The translations under genes were made by a program, and so were the position numbers. From contig DLLG01000017.1 in assembly GCA_002479075.1 (NCBI GenBank), positions 60,198 to 124,197 of the forward strand: a stretch of DNA of 64,000 bases, in the 5' to 3' direction. This DNA is from Clostridiales bacterium UBA7568 (GTDB lineage: Bacteria > Bacillota > Clostridia > Oscillospirales > CAG-272). Positions 48,838 to 57,208 of this stretch are shown here, in pieces. The stretch's first letter is position 1. The number at the start of each line of letters is the position of its first letter. The notes under the pieces are model-generated. The model saw only the letters and a list, made by a program, of their open reading frames with translations. It did no database searches and had not been told where the DNA came from.

Positions 48838-48866
48838 AGTATATCACGGAGGATAACTCTTGTCAA
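48838..48866 (-). promoter_or_regulatory. Sigma-A-type promoter of the L-box / ABC importer operon
   Basis: On the minus strand: TTGACA, 17-nt spacer, TATACT. Confidence 0.6.
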
Positions 48867-48979
48867 TAGCTTTTCCGAAATTCCCTTGATTTTTTTGAAA
48901 AAACGACGTTTTCCGCAGACCCTCCGTTCTGCCTTATCGATAAAAATGCTATTACCTGGATAAAAAGTTCATAATTATA

Positions 48980-49008
48980 TTGACAAATGAACAAATATGA
49001 TGTATAAT
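48980..49008 (+). promoter_or_regulatory. Near-consensus sigma-A promoter with extended -10 and no downstream ORF
   Basis: TTGACA, 17-nt spacer ending in TG, then TATAAT. Confidence 0.6.
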
Positions 49009-49014
49009 TTGTAC

Positions 49015-49207
49015 GAAATGTTAATTTTTTCGCCGTGGCGGGATAAAGCCGGCGGCATTTGCCCCTGCCCGCCCTCGCCGGACGCTTTGAGCTTCTCGGC
49101 TCCGGCAATATAAAACAGCTTCTTCGCCCAAAAACAGGGCTAAGATACATTCATCCTTTCCAATGTAACAAACTGCGCCACGATCCGTCGTGGCGCAGTT
49201 TGTTTTA
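49015..49207 (+). ncRNA. Candidate ~190-nt small RNA (unclassified)
   Basis: Bounded by the promoter at 48980..49008 and a strong + strand terminator (16-bp stem at 49168..49203, then a T-run). It has a GC-rich core and no SD-preceded ORF. Confidence 0.4.
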
Positions 49208-49267
49208 TAAGCCGATTGCAAGGATTTTATAAACGCTTTTGAGTTAATAAAAGGACATATTAAACAC

Positions 49268-49302
49268 AAAAACCGTATTCCCGAACCTGAATACGGTTTT
49301 TT
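49268..49302. terminator. Bidirectional terminator (serves the ABC exporter operon on the minus strand)
   Basis: aaaaccgtattc-ccgaacct-gaatacggtttt, with T-runs on both strands. Confidence 0.75.
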
Positions 49303-49309
49303 GAGTTTT

Positions 49310-51040
49310 TTAAAGTTTCCAATCAACGGTTTCTTTCTTTCCGCCGATAAAGTCCGCATAAATTCCGGGCACGGATACCAGCTCCTCGTGCCTGCCCTTC
49401 TGAACAATGCGACCGTGATCTATGACGATGATCTGATCGGCGCGGCGAACCGTTTTCAGGCGGTGTGCGATCATAATGATTGTTTTGTTTCGGGTCAGTG
49501 CTTCGATTGCCTTTTGCAGCCGATCCTCATTTTCAGGGTCAACGTTTGCCGTTGCCTCGTCCAGAATGACTATCGGCGCGTTCTTAAGCATCGCACGTGC
49601 AATTGAAATGCGCTGTTTTTCTCCGCCGGAAAGGCTCGCCCCTCCCTCGCCGATGACAGTAGCATAGCCGTCCGGCAGGCTTTCGATAAAGTCGTCACAG
49701 CAGGCTGCCTTCGCCGCCGCAACTACCTCCTCGTGCGTTGCCTCAGGTCTGCCGAATTTGATATTGTTTTCAATAGTATCCGCAAACAGATAAACATTCT
49801 GGAATACAATACTGATCTGATCCATAAGAGATTCAAGAGTATACTCCTTTACATTGTATCCGCCGATTTTTATGCTGCCGCTGTCCGCATCCCAAAAGCG
49901 GGCAATCAGGTTACAGAAGGTCGTTTTGCCGCTTCCGGAGGGACCGATGATTGCCGTTGTGGTTTTATCGGGCAACGTGACGGAAATCTTGCGCAGAATC
50001 GGCTTCTGTTCATATGAGAAGCTTACTCCGTCAAAAACGATGTCGTGCTTTTCTGGGCTCAGAGGTTTTCCGTTCTCGTCCATACAGGGCATATTCTCCG
50101 TCTCGACGGTACGATCGATTGCGGCAGCCGCCATACGGAGCATAGAAACGCCCATTCCGAACGCTTTTATCTGATTGAACACGAGAAACGACATAACCAA
50201 CGCCATAAGAGCATTTGCAAGGCTCATACCGCCGTTTATCCAAAGCAGTATTGCCGCAAGCATCATCCCGACGCCGGAGGTCTGAAGAATTGCTTCCTGA
50301 ATTGCGGTATATGGCGTCAGAATTTTCGTCACGTCAACATTTACCCGACGATTGTATTCCAGCGCATCACGCAGCTTTTTGTCGCCCTTGCCCGTAAGAT
50401 TGAAGGACTTTATGACGCTCATTCCCTGAACCGTCTCAAGCACGGCTTCAATCAGCTCCGTCTGCGATTCTTGCGTATCGTTTGCAATCTTCGCAGACTT
50501 TTTCTCCATTGCCGATACCGCACATAGATACAGCAAGATACCTCCGAGAACGATCAGCCCGATGCGCAGGTCAAAAACAAGAATCAGCGCCGCAAATACA
50601 ACCGTTGTAATAAGCCCGCCGAGAATGTTTACAAGCACCATCGGAACCATACTCTCAATACTGCCGACAACCGTTGTGCATACGCCGGCAATCTGCCCGA
50701 GACTGTTTGCGTTGAAAAATCCCATAGGCACGCTTTTCAATTTATTCGCGATTGAGATTCTGCGCTCCGCCGCCATAAAATATCCTGCGTGAGTTTGCAA
50801 CATTTTTGAAAAGCTTGCACTGATCGCGCCGCCGAAAACGGCGATCAGCTCGCATACAAGCGCAATCCAAGCGGTTTTCCCGTCCTTTTCTCCGCTCGTC
50901 AGTGCGAGGACGACAAAATAAATTGCCGCGACCTGAAACATTTGCAGTACTGCGTTCAAAAATCCGACTGCAACCGATTTATTGATGTTCTTTCTTTCGT
51001 TTCCGGCAAAACGCCAGATTTTACGGAATGCTTCGATCAT
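49310..51040 (-). CDS. ABC exporter, fused permease/ATPase (heterodimer subunit B)
   Basis: Six TM segments plus an NBD: Walker A GPSGSGKTT, LSGGEKQRISIARAM, ILDEATANVD. Confidence 0.9.
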   Translation of the reverse strand: MIEAFRKIWRFAGNERKNINKSVAVGFLNAVLQMFQVAAIYFVVLALTSGEKDGKTAWIALVCELIAVFGGAISASFSKMLQTHAGYFMAAERRISIANKLKSVPMGFFNANSLGQIAGVCTTVVGSIESMVPMVLVNILGGLITTVVFAALILVFDLRIGLIVLGGILLYLCAVSAMEKKSAKIANDTQESQTELIEAVLETVQGMSVIKSFNLTGKGDKKLRDALEYNRRVNVDVTKILTPYTAIQEAILQTSGVGMMLAAILLWINGGMSLANALMALVMSFLVFNQIKAFGMGVSMLRMAAAAIDRTVETENMPCMDENGKPLSPEKHDIVFDGVSFSYEQKPILRKISVTLPDKTTTAIIGPSGSGKTTFCNLIARFWDADSGSIKIGGYNVKEYTLESLMDQISIVFQNVYLFADTIENNIKFGRPEATHEEVVAAAKAACCDDFIESLPDGYATVIGEGGASLSGGEKQRISIARAMLKNAPIVILDEATANVDPENEDRLQKAIEALTRNKTIIMIAHRLKTVRRADQIIVIDHGRIVQKGRHEELVSVPGIYADFIGGKKETVDWKL

Positions 51041-52779
51041 TCTGCGTCACCGTCCTTTGCTCCGATATGTGCCTGCCACATTTCGCGGTAGAGAGCACAG
51101 CTTTCAAGCAGCTCCCCGTGCTTGCCCTGCGCTTCGATACGTCCGTCCTTCAAGACGGCGATATTGTCCGCGCCTGTGATTGTTGAGAGTCTGTGTGCAA
51201 TCACGATAACCGTTTTATTCCTCAAAAGTTTTGCAACCGCCCGTTGAATGACGGCTTCGTTTTCGGGGTCGATATACGCAGTCGCCTCATCAAGAATGAC
51301 AACAGGCGCATCTTTCAGCATCGCGCGTGCAATTGCAATACGCTGCCGTTCACCGCCGGAAAGATGTGCTCCTCCCCCGCCGACAACGGTATCGAACCCG
51401 TTTTCCAGTTCGTCGATAAAGCTGTCACAGCCGGCAGCCTTCGCCGCCGTTTCAACCTCCGCATCGGTTGCGTCTCTCCGCCCCATACGGATATTCTCGC
51501 GGACGGTATCGTCAAAGAGATAGTTGTCCTGCGAAACAAACGCCACCTGCTCATAAAGCTCGGCAAGCGGGATTTTTCTAAGGTCGTGCCCGCCCATCGT
51601 GATCACGCCGTCCTTTATGTCCCAGAAACCCGCAATCAGCTTTGCCAATGTCGATTTGCCGGAGCCGGACGGTCCGACAAGCGCCGTCATACCGTTTTGC
51701 GGAACGGAAAGGCTGATGTCGTGCAGGATTTCCTTGCCTTCGTGATAGCCAAATGACACGTTTCTGACCTCAATATCGTGATCAGCGAAGCCTACGTTCT
51801 GCGTCCCGTGCTCCTGCTCCTCGGCTTTCAGAATTTCATCAATCTGGGAAACTGTCGTTCCGACCTGTGCCAGCGTATCGACAAAGTTGAATGCGGCAAC
51901 GATCGGCGCGGCCATACCGAGCGCAAGAATGACAACCGTGATAAAAGTTTCGGCTGTGAGCGTTCCGTGCGTATAAAACAGCCAGCCAAACGGAAGGATC
52001 GTCAGCATCTGCGCCGGGAAAAAAGCATAAGCCATAGACATACCGAGCTGACTGCGGCGCATCCAATCGTAATAATACTGTGCGTTTGCGCGTACTTTGT
52101 CCGTCAGCTTAGTATAAGACGCTTTGCCCTGATTGAAAGCCTTGATGACCTCGATACCGTTTATGTATTCGATCATAGTACCGCTCATCTCTGTCGTCGC
52201 CCTGACAGCGCCCTCATAGTCCTTCGCGTATCCACCCATAACCATCATCATAAATACAAAGGCGACAGGAAATACCGCAAGCGACAGAAGTGCCAGCCGC
52301 CAGTCAAGGACAAACAGATAGATAACAGTCAGTAAAGGGGTAACAACGTTTGCCGTCATCTCGGGAAACAGATGCGCCAGAGTTGTCTCCATCGCGTCCA
52401 CCTGATCGACAATCGTCTCCTTGAGCTTTCCGCTCGACGTGTCCATAACCGTTCCGAGGGGCAGGCGAGGAAGCTTTTCAAGCAATTTCAGGCGGATTGT
52501 CTTGAGAATGCTGAATGTCGCCTTATGCGAAATACCGAGCGCACCATTGTATAGCAGCGTGCGGGCGAGAAAGCCGCCGAGCGCCGTCAGCAGCCACGGT
52601 ACATATGCCGAGAACGCCGTCTCTCCGGCAATCAGTAATACGATGATTTTCGCCGCGGCGAAATACGGAGCCATACCGCAGGCGACACCGACAACGGCAA
52701 GAGCAACCGCCGCAATCAGCTTTCCGTGCTCCTTTTCGCCGAGCTCCCATATCCGCCCGACCGGACTCTGTTCTTTCAT
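51037..52779 (-). CDS. ABC exporter, fused permease/ATPase (heterodimer subunit A)
   Basis: Six TM segments plus an NBD: [34 protein letters not shown]. There is a 4-nt overlap with subunit B. Confidence 0.9.
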   Translation of the reverse strand: MKEQSPVGRIWELGEKEHGKLIAAVALAVVGVACGMAPYFAAAKIIVLLIAGETAFSAYVPWLLTALGGFLARTLLYNGALGISHKATFSILKTIRLKLLEKLPRLPLGTVMDTSSGKLKETIVDQVDAMETTLAHLFPEMTANVVTPLLTVIYLFVLDWRLALLSLAVFPVAFVFMMMVMGGYAKDYEGAVRATTEMSGTMIEYINGIEVIKAFNQGKASYTKLTDKVRANAQYYYDWMRRSQLGMSMAYAFFPAQMLTILPFGWLFYTHGTLTAETFITVVILALGMAAPIVAAFNFVDTLAQVGTTVSQIDEILKAEEQEHGTQNVGFADHDIEVRNVSFGYHEGKEILHDISLSVPQNGMTALVGPSGSGKSTLAKLIAGFWDIKDGVITMGGHDLRKIPLAELYEQVAFVSQDNYLFDDTVRENIRMGRRDATDAEVETAAKAAGCDSFIDELENGFDTVVGGGGAHLSGGERQRIAIARAMLKDAPVVILDEATAYIDPENEAVIQRAVAKLLRNKTVIVIAHRLSTITGADNIAVLKDGRIEAQGKHGELLESCALYREMWQAHIGAKDGDAE

Positions 52780-52794
52780 AAATTATTACCTCCT

Positions 52795-52814
52795 TAAGTT
52801 AGCCTTTGCTAACA
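52795..52814 (-). promoter_or_regulatory. Palindromic element GTTAGC-N4-GCTAAC abutting the ABC exporter RBS (copy A)
   Basis: The + strand taagttagcctttgctaaca matches taagttagccaaagctaaca at 61369..61388 at 17 of 20 positions. Both copies are followed by ttgaaaRgctgcc and a GC hairpin. Confidence 0.55.
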
Positions 52815-52862
52815 GTTTTGTTTATTGAAAGGCTGCCCTTGTGCGACAGCCAGTCTTTACTT

Positions 52863-53489
52863 TTATTGCGCTGCCCTCCCGAAAATTTCAAGAAAGCCCG
52901 TGCGATGATAACGGCTCAAAAGCTCAATATATTCGGACGCCTCCCCGCGGCTCATTCCGTGACGGATGATCTCGAATATGCTCTCAAAGCGCGATGTCGT
53001 CACAATGTGCAGCAGCTTCTGCGTGACCGCATCGCCGAATTTATCCGAGTAACCCACAGCCTCCATATACTTATATGTATACTCGACTTCAATGCGGACA
53101 AGCTCGTCAACGAAATTATGAAACCTCGTGCCGTAGGACGAATCAAGGAGCAGCCTGAACTCATCAAGATGCTCGTACATATAGTCGATCAGCTCCGACG
53201 TGCCGCCGTCGGCGTATTTCGGCATCTGCTCTGCCTGCTCGTCCGGCGACATATGATGAAACTTTTCCTGAATACGGATAAACCGCTCAATCATCTCGCT
53301 CAAAACCGGCTCGACGATTGCGGAAAACAGACCCTCTTTGTCTCCGAAGCGGACATAGATCGAGTTTGTGCTCGTGTCTGCCTCTGCGGCAATCGTCCGC
53401 AGAGAAGCATCGACATAACCCTTGTCAAGGAATTCCTTCTTTGCGGCGGCAACAACGCGCTCCGCAACGCCTTCAATCTGTTTTGCCAT
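52863..53489 (-). CDS. TetR/AcrR family transcriptional regulator
   Basis: The ATG at 53489 follows gaggaggc. N-terminal HTH AAAKKEFLDKGYVDASLRTIAAEADTSTNSIYVRF. Confidence 0.88.
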   Translation of the reverse strand: MAKQIEGVAERVVAAAKKEFLDKGYVDASLRTIAAEADTSTNSIYVRFGDKEGLFSAIVEPVLSEMIERFIRIQEKFHHMSPDEQAEQMPKYADGGTSELIDYMYEHLDEFRLLLDSSYGTRFHNFVDELVRIEVEYTYKYMEAVGYSDKFGDAVTQKLLHIVTTSRFESIFEIIRHGMSRGEASEYIELLSRYHRTGFLEIFGRAAQ

Positions 53490-53506
53490 AAATCCGCCTC
53501 CTCTGC

Positions 53507-53540
53507 ATACATAACGGCGTTTCATAACACCGTTATGTAT
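53507..53540 (-). promoter_or_regulatory. Inverted repeat (11-bp arms, 12-nt spacer) over the predicted tetR transcription start; candidate operator
   Basis: atacataacgg-N12-ccgttatgtat. The right arm overlaps the -10 hexamer. Confidence 0.5.
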
Positions 53541-53567
53541 TGTATACCCATTATTCATATTTGTCAA
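53539..53567 (-). promoter_or_regulatory. Sigma-A-type promoter of tetR
   Basis: On the minus strand: TTGACA, 17-nt spacer, TACAAT. Confidence 0.6.
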
Positions 53568-53688
53568 GATGAATCAGATATTTTTTGATAAAAATTGCAA
53601 CCGCAGCCCTTTGTATTTCCCTCTGCGCTCTCCGTTTCTAGCGCAGAAGTCGTCTTTCCTGCGGCAATCCGGTTCAAAATGAGCGCAA

Positions 53689-53723
53689 AAATCCCGCACC
53701 GGTCAAGAACCGATGCGGGATTT
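53689..53723 (-). terminator. Rho-independent terminator of the 11-gene operon
   Basis: atcccgca...tgcgggat stem with a T5 run on the minus strand, 33 nt after the stop at 53756. Confidence 0.75.
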
Positions 53724-53755
53724 CTTAATATTGAACGTCGCTTATGCTTTCCTCT

Positions 53756-54442
53756 TTACATCCGCTTTACCGAGGCAAGCAGTCCGCCGAACATCCAGAG
53801 ATTTCCGAAAGCGATCCAAGCGCAGGCAAGCGCATTTGCAAGCGGGAAATTACCGAAAATACTCGGCAAAACGGCAATCGCCATACCGATCGGAAGGGAG
53901 AACACCCAGCATCCTTTCGGACACGGCGTCTGCCCTTTTGCAAAGGCTTTTATCTGCATAACCTGCAAAACGGCAAAGAATATCCAGAACAACACAAATG
54001 CGGGCAGAACGAAATACATTGCGTATTTCGTCAAAAGCTCGTTTGCAAAGCCGTGCTTTGTCAGATACACGAGGGCGCAGGTCGGAACGTGAAAACCGCA
54101 CGCTCCAAACATCAGATACCCGAATATACCCGCGCGGTAGCTATGGGCATACTTCGGCGAATACGGCGCAATCATTCTGTAAATACCGAAATATGAAAGC
54201 CCCTCAAGGAGCATACCGAAAAGTCCGAGCAGGGCTGCGGCGAAAATACCGCCGTCCGACGTTTTCTCATATGCGGAGAGCATCCGGAAGATCCCATTAA
54301 GGCTCTCGTCCTCTGTCCCCCAACCGAGAATCATATCGCCGACGAAATGAAGCACTGAAGCAAACAGCCCGATCGCAAGCAGCTTTTTTATGCGCGGCAT
54401 ATCGAGCTTTCCCGAAATTCCGATGTCATTAAATTCGGTCAT
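53756..54442 (-). CDS. Polytopic membrane protein, DUF6796-like (copy 1)
   Basis: The ATG at 54442 follows aggagg and forms an ATGA overlap with the upstream gene. About 7 TM segments. The N-terminal LLAIGLFASVLHFVGDMILGW parallels LLGALGAFLMLVGDLCLSV of the 60623..61345 gene. Confidence 0.5.
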   Translation of the reverse strand: MTEFNDIGISGKLDMPRIKKLLAIGLFASVLHFVGDMILGWGTEDESLNGIFRMLSAYEKTSDGGIFAAALLGLFGMLLEGLSYFGIYRMIAPYSPKYAHSYRAGIFGYLMFGACGFHVPTCALVYLTKHGFANELLTKYAMYFVLPAFVLFWIFFAVLQVMQIKAFAKGQTPCPKGCWVFSLPIGMAIAVLPSIFGNFPLANALACAWIAFGNLWMFGGLLASVKRM

Positions 54443-55074
54443 ATATTTTTCCTCCTGTACCCGCAGTCGCAATATGCCCCGCCGGAGGCAATGGTGTATT
54501 CTCTTACAAAATCAGTCGCGCCGCCCGCTTCGCTCATAGTATAATCCAGATGACACAGGGCAGGCGTAAGATCGTAAAGCCCGAGCTTTTTCATCAGAAC
54601 ACATATGCCGCATCTGGTGAAGCGCCCCTCATAACCGCTGCCATCCGGATATTCGTAAAACTCCATATTCCAGGAATACGGGTTGCGATCCGCCGCTTTA
54701 AGCGTGGCAGTCGCTTTCATAGAGGAGATGTCCTTCTCCGTAAATTTCTTCTTTCCGCTCTTGCGGCAGAACCATTTCATCGGCTTTGTCATCATAGATT
54801 TTGCGTAGTATACGGTCAGTCGTTCGAGGGCGGGTCGCTCCGGCATAGAAAGGATAAACGAAGCCACCAGCGCCGCATTGACAATATTCATCTTGAATCT
54901 GTCTGCCTTTTCGAATTCCGGCAAGCCGCTGATGACCTCTTTATATTTCGGCTTTGCTTTTCTTGCAACCGCTTTTGCCGCGCCTGTATCATAGCCGAAA
55001 ACATCCGTCAATTGTTTTCGAAATGACCCTGCAAACAGAGCCCACATTCCCATTGGCATTCCAAAATATTTCAT
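54439..55074 (-). CDS. ATC-hydrolase-like protein (L-2-amino-thiazoline-4-carboxylic acid hydrolase family, copy 1)
   Basis: The C-terminal pattern TRCGICVLMKKLGL..LTPALCHLDY...A..YCDCG is typical of this Cys-rich family. Confidence 0.6.
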   Translation of the reverse strand: MKYFGMPMGMWALFAGSFRKQLTDVFGYDTGAAKAVARKAKPKYKEVISGLPEFEKADRFKMNIVNAALVASFILSMPERPALERLTVYYAKSMMTKPMKWFCRKSGKKKFTEKDISSMKATATLKAADRNPYSWNMEFYEYPDGSGYEGRFTRCGICVLMKKLGLYDLTPALCHLDYTMSEAGGATDFVREYTIASGGAYCDCGYRRKNI

Positions 55075-55913
55075 CTCTTGCCTCCAAATGTTATCTTAAC
55101 AATCCGCATTTTCATCATCCCGTCGCCAACCTTTGAAAGAAAACGGAAAAATCCGCTTACAGACGGGTCCTTTAAATCGTTATATCCGAGCATATATCCT
55201 CGGCTTGAAACGCAAAGGCGGTCGTCCCATCCGGAGATCTCCTTTTTTGCGTCAGAAACGGCAAAATAAGCGCCGACATTCTTTATCTCCGCATCCTTTA
55301 TCCAGGTTTTCAGCATAAGCTTAACGGCTTTTTTGTTTGCCGCATCAAATGCGAGAACTCCACCCGGAAAGGCATCCGCCATCGCCCCGACCAGAGCCCT
55401 GACCTGCTCTTTAAGAAAATAATAAAACACGCCTGCGGCAAAGAACACAACTCCTCCCGAAGCATCTATCTTTTTAAACCACGATGTATCGTTCAGGTCG
55501 CAAGGGATGTTCTCCTCCCTTTCTCCCGCCGGCAGAAGCTCGTTCCGCACAGCGATCACATCCGGAAAATCCAGATTATATATCCTGCACTTGCCGTTGT
55601 CGCAACGCCTGCCTGTATTGTCCAGCCCGCATCCAAGATTGACAACAGCAGCCTCAGGATGTGATTTCAGATAGTCGCAAACTTCAAATGCGAGGTCATT
55701 TTGTCTCATAGCAGCCTCAAGAAATCCGAAGCGCTGCATAAGCCCACGAGATTTCTTCTCCAACACTGAAAAATCGTAGTCAATCTCGCTTATCATCCGG
55801 GCCGCCGTTTCGTCACGGTAAAGCCCGGGATACAGCTCGGAGCACATTTTTCTTCCGTACAATGGAATAACCAGCGTTTCCTGCACAGTGTTTTTTTCGA
55901 TTTTGTATTTCAT
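55071..55913 (-). CDS. Class I SAM-dependent methyltransferase, TcmP / leucine-carboxyl-MTase-like (copy 1)
   Basis: The ATG at 55913 follows agaggtg. Motifs VVNLGCGLDNTG and IYNLDFPDVI. Confidence 0.72.
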   Translation of the reverse strand: MKYKIEKNTVQETLVIPLYGRKMCSELYPGLYRDETAARMISEIDYDFSVLEKKSRGLMQRFGFLEAAMRQNDLAFEVCDYLKSHPEAAVVNLGCGLDNTGRRCDNGKCRIYNLDFPDVIAVRNELLPAGEREENIPCDLNDTSWFKKIDASGGVVFFAAGVFYYFLKEQVRALVGAMADAFPGGVLAFDAANKKAVKLMLKTWIKDAEIKNVGAYFAVSDAKKEISGWDDRLCVSSRGYMLGYNDLKDPSVSGFFRFLSKVGDGMMKMRIVKITFGGKR

Positions 55914-55922
55914 AAGCACCTC

Positions 55923-56696
55923 TCAATTTCCGACAAACGAAAGCTCGGGCATACAGCCTCTTACGATGATTGTATCAAGCATTTCGGCAAAGCCCTGCGG
56001 ATCTCTTATCTGATACTGCATATGGTTATATCCCTCAAATATCGGGAAATTCGCTTTCGGATAGGCTTTCATAACACCGTCGCGACATTTGAAATGCTCC
56101 TCCGCACTCCCGAATTCAAAGAACATATGACTTTCAAGCTCTTCGGGCAACTTCGGAAACGGCTTGTTTTCAAGACTGTCCGCCAGCTGGCGACGAAGGT
56201 TCCCGTATTTCAATATTCTGCCCGCTTCGATAAAATACGGTTTTATGGAATCGTCATCACACCACATCACCTTTTTCAGCGTGCCGCCGTTTGACTTATA
56301 AATACTCTTTATCGCAAAATAAATAAACGGCGTCATTATGCGGCGCGTGCCCTTGCCTATCTGAGCAAACTGTCCGCCGTCGAAAAAGACATTGCGGATG
56401 GGCAGCTTCGTCTGCGCAAGAAACGCCATCGCTAAATCCGCTCCGATTGAAGATGCAACCGCAAGTGCAAGCGATGTAACTCCGTTCTCGGAAAGAAATT
56501 TCTCTATCCGGCAGATTTCATCTGCTTTGCTTATATATTTTTCTCCCTCGCAATAGACCGTCGAGGTTGGCAAAATGCAGAAATATTTTTCGCAAAGATA
56601 TTTTGCGACAGGTTCGCTGCTCGCCCCCGTCACTCCCATTGCGTGAAAAAACAATACGGCGGGATTTTCTTTGCTTCCCATTGTTTCAAACAACAT
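55923..56696 (-). CDS. Alpha/beta hydrolase
   Basis: The true start is the ATG at 56696, after ggaggc. The upstream 150 codons of the ORF-track ORF overlap the next gene and are Arg-rich noise. Oxyanion FFHAMG, nucleophile elbow ASSIG, C-terminal GYNHM. Confidence 0.72.
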   Translation of the reverse strand: MLFETMGSKENPAVLFFHAMGVTGASSEPVAKYLCEKYFCILPTSTVYCEGEKYISKADEICRIEKFLSENGVTSLALAVASSIGADLAMAFLAQTKLPIRNVFFDGGQFAQIGKGTRRIMTPFIYFAIKSIYKSNGGTLKKVMWCDDDSIKPYFIEAGRILKYGNLRRQLADSLENKPFPKLPEELESHMFFEFGSAEEHFKCRDGVMKAYPKANFPIFEGYNHMQYQIRDPQGFAEMLDTIIVRGCMPELSFVGN

Positions 56697-56710
56697 TTTT
56701 TGCCTCCGCT

Positions 56711-57208
56711 TTATCTGACAAATATCATCATAATCCCGGACAGCGCCGCTGAAATTATCAGCATACCGACCGTCCCGAAAAGCCATTTCCGGCACTTGTC
56801 CTTTGCCGTAATATAAGGCTTTAGATCTTCTGTGCCCGGAATCGTCCAAGCCTTCGTATGCCCGACCCACACGCCGTCTATAAGAAAACGATCTATAAGA
56901 TTCATAACCGAGAGGATAACGAGCAACTGCCAGAAACCCGCGAGAAATCCCCTCGCGCCGTTCACGGCATAGACGAAAACCAGCACGTAAGCGATATATC
57001 CCGGAACACAGATTATTTTGAAAAGCAAAGCGTTCCGCCTGATTTTCTCGCCCGTTGTCAGCCCGAGCTCTATACATCTCTTCTGCACCTCGGGGCTGTA
57101 AAGATGTACCATTCCGACAGCGCCCTTGCGTATACCGACGGCGCACACAAGAAAGAGCAAAGCTCCAAGCCCCAATCCCTCGATAATCGCCATAAGCAGT
57201 TCTTTCAT
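56711..57208 (-). CDS. 4-TM membrane protein (hypothetical)
   Basis: 165 aa, in-operon, with a 4-nt overlap with the KPR-like gene. No family recognised. Confidence 0.5.
   Translation of the reverse strand: MKELLMAIIEGLGLGALLFLVCAVGIRKGAVGMVHLYSPEVQKRCIELGLTTGEKIRRNALLFKIICVPGYIAYVLVFVYAVNGARGFLAGFWQLLVILSVMNLIDRFLIDGVWVGHTKAWTIPGTEDLKPYITAKDKCRKWLFGTVGMLIISAALSGIMMIFVR

Noticed and set aside
48863-49407. Minus-strand ORFs of 95 aa and 128 aa in the intergenic region between the importer and exporter operons.
   Set aside because: They are Arg/Pro/Gly-rich low-complexity translations with no RBS. They span a promoter, two terminators and the end of the ABC exporter gene. The region is better explained by the + strand sRNA candidate.
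56697-57146. 150-codon N-terminal extension of the alpha/beta-hydrolase ORF (ORF track 55923..57146).
   Set aside because: The extension overlaps the well-formed 4-TM gene (56711..57208) in another frame and is Arg-rich nonsense. A good RBS plus ATG at 56696 begins the hydrolase fold (FFHAMG).
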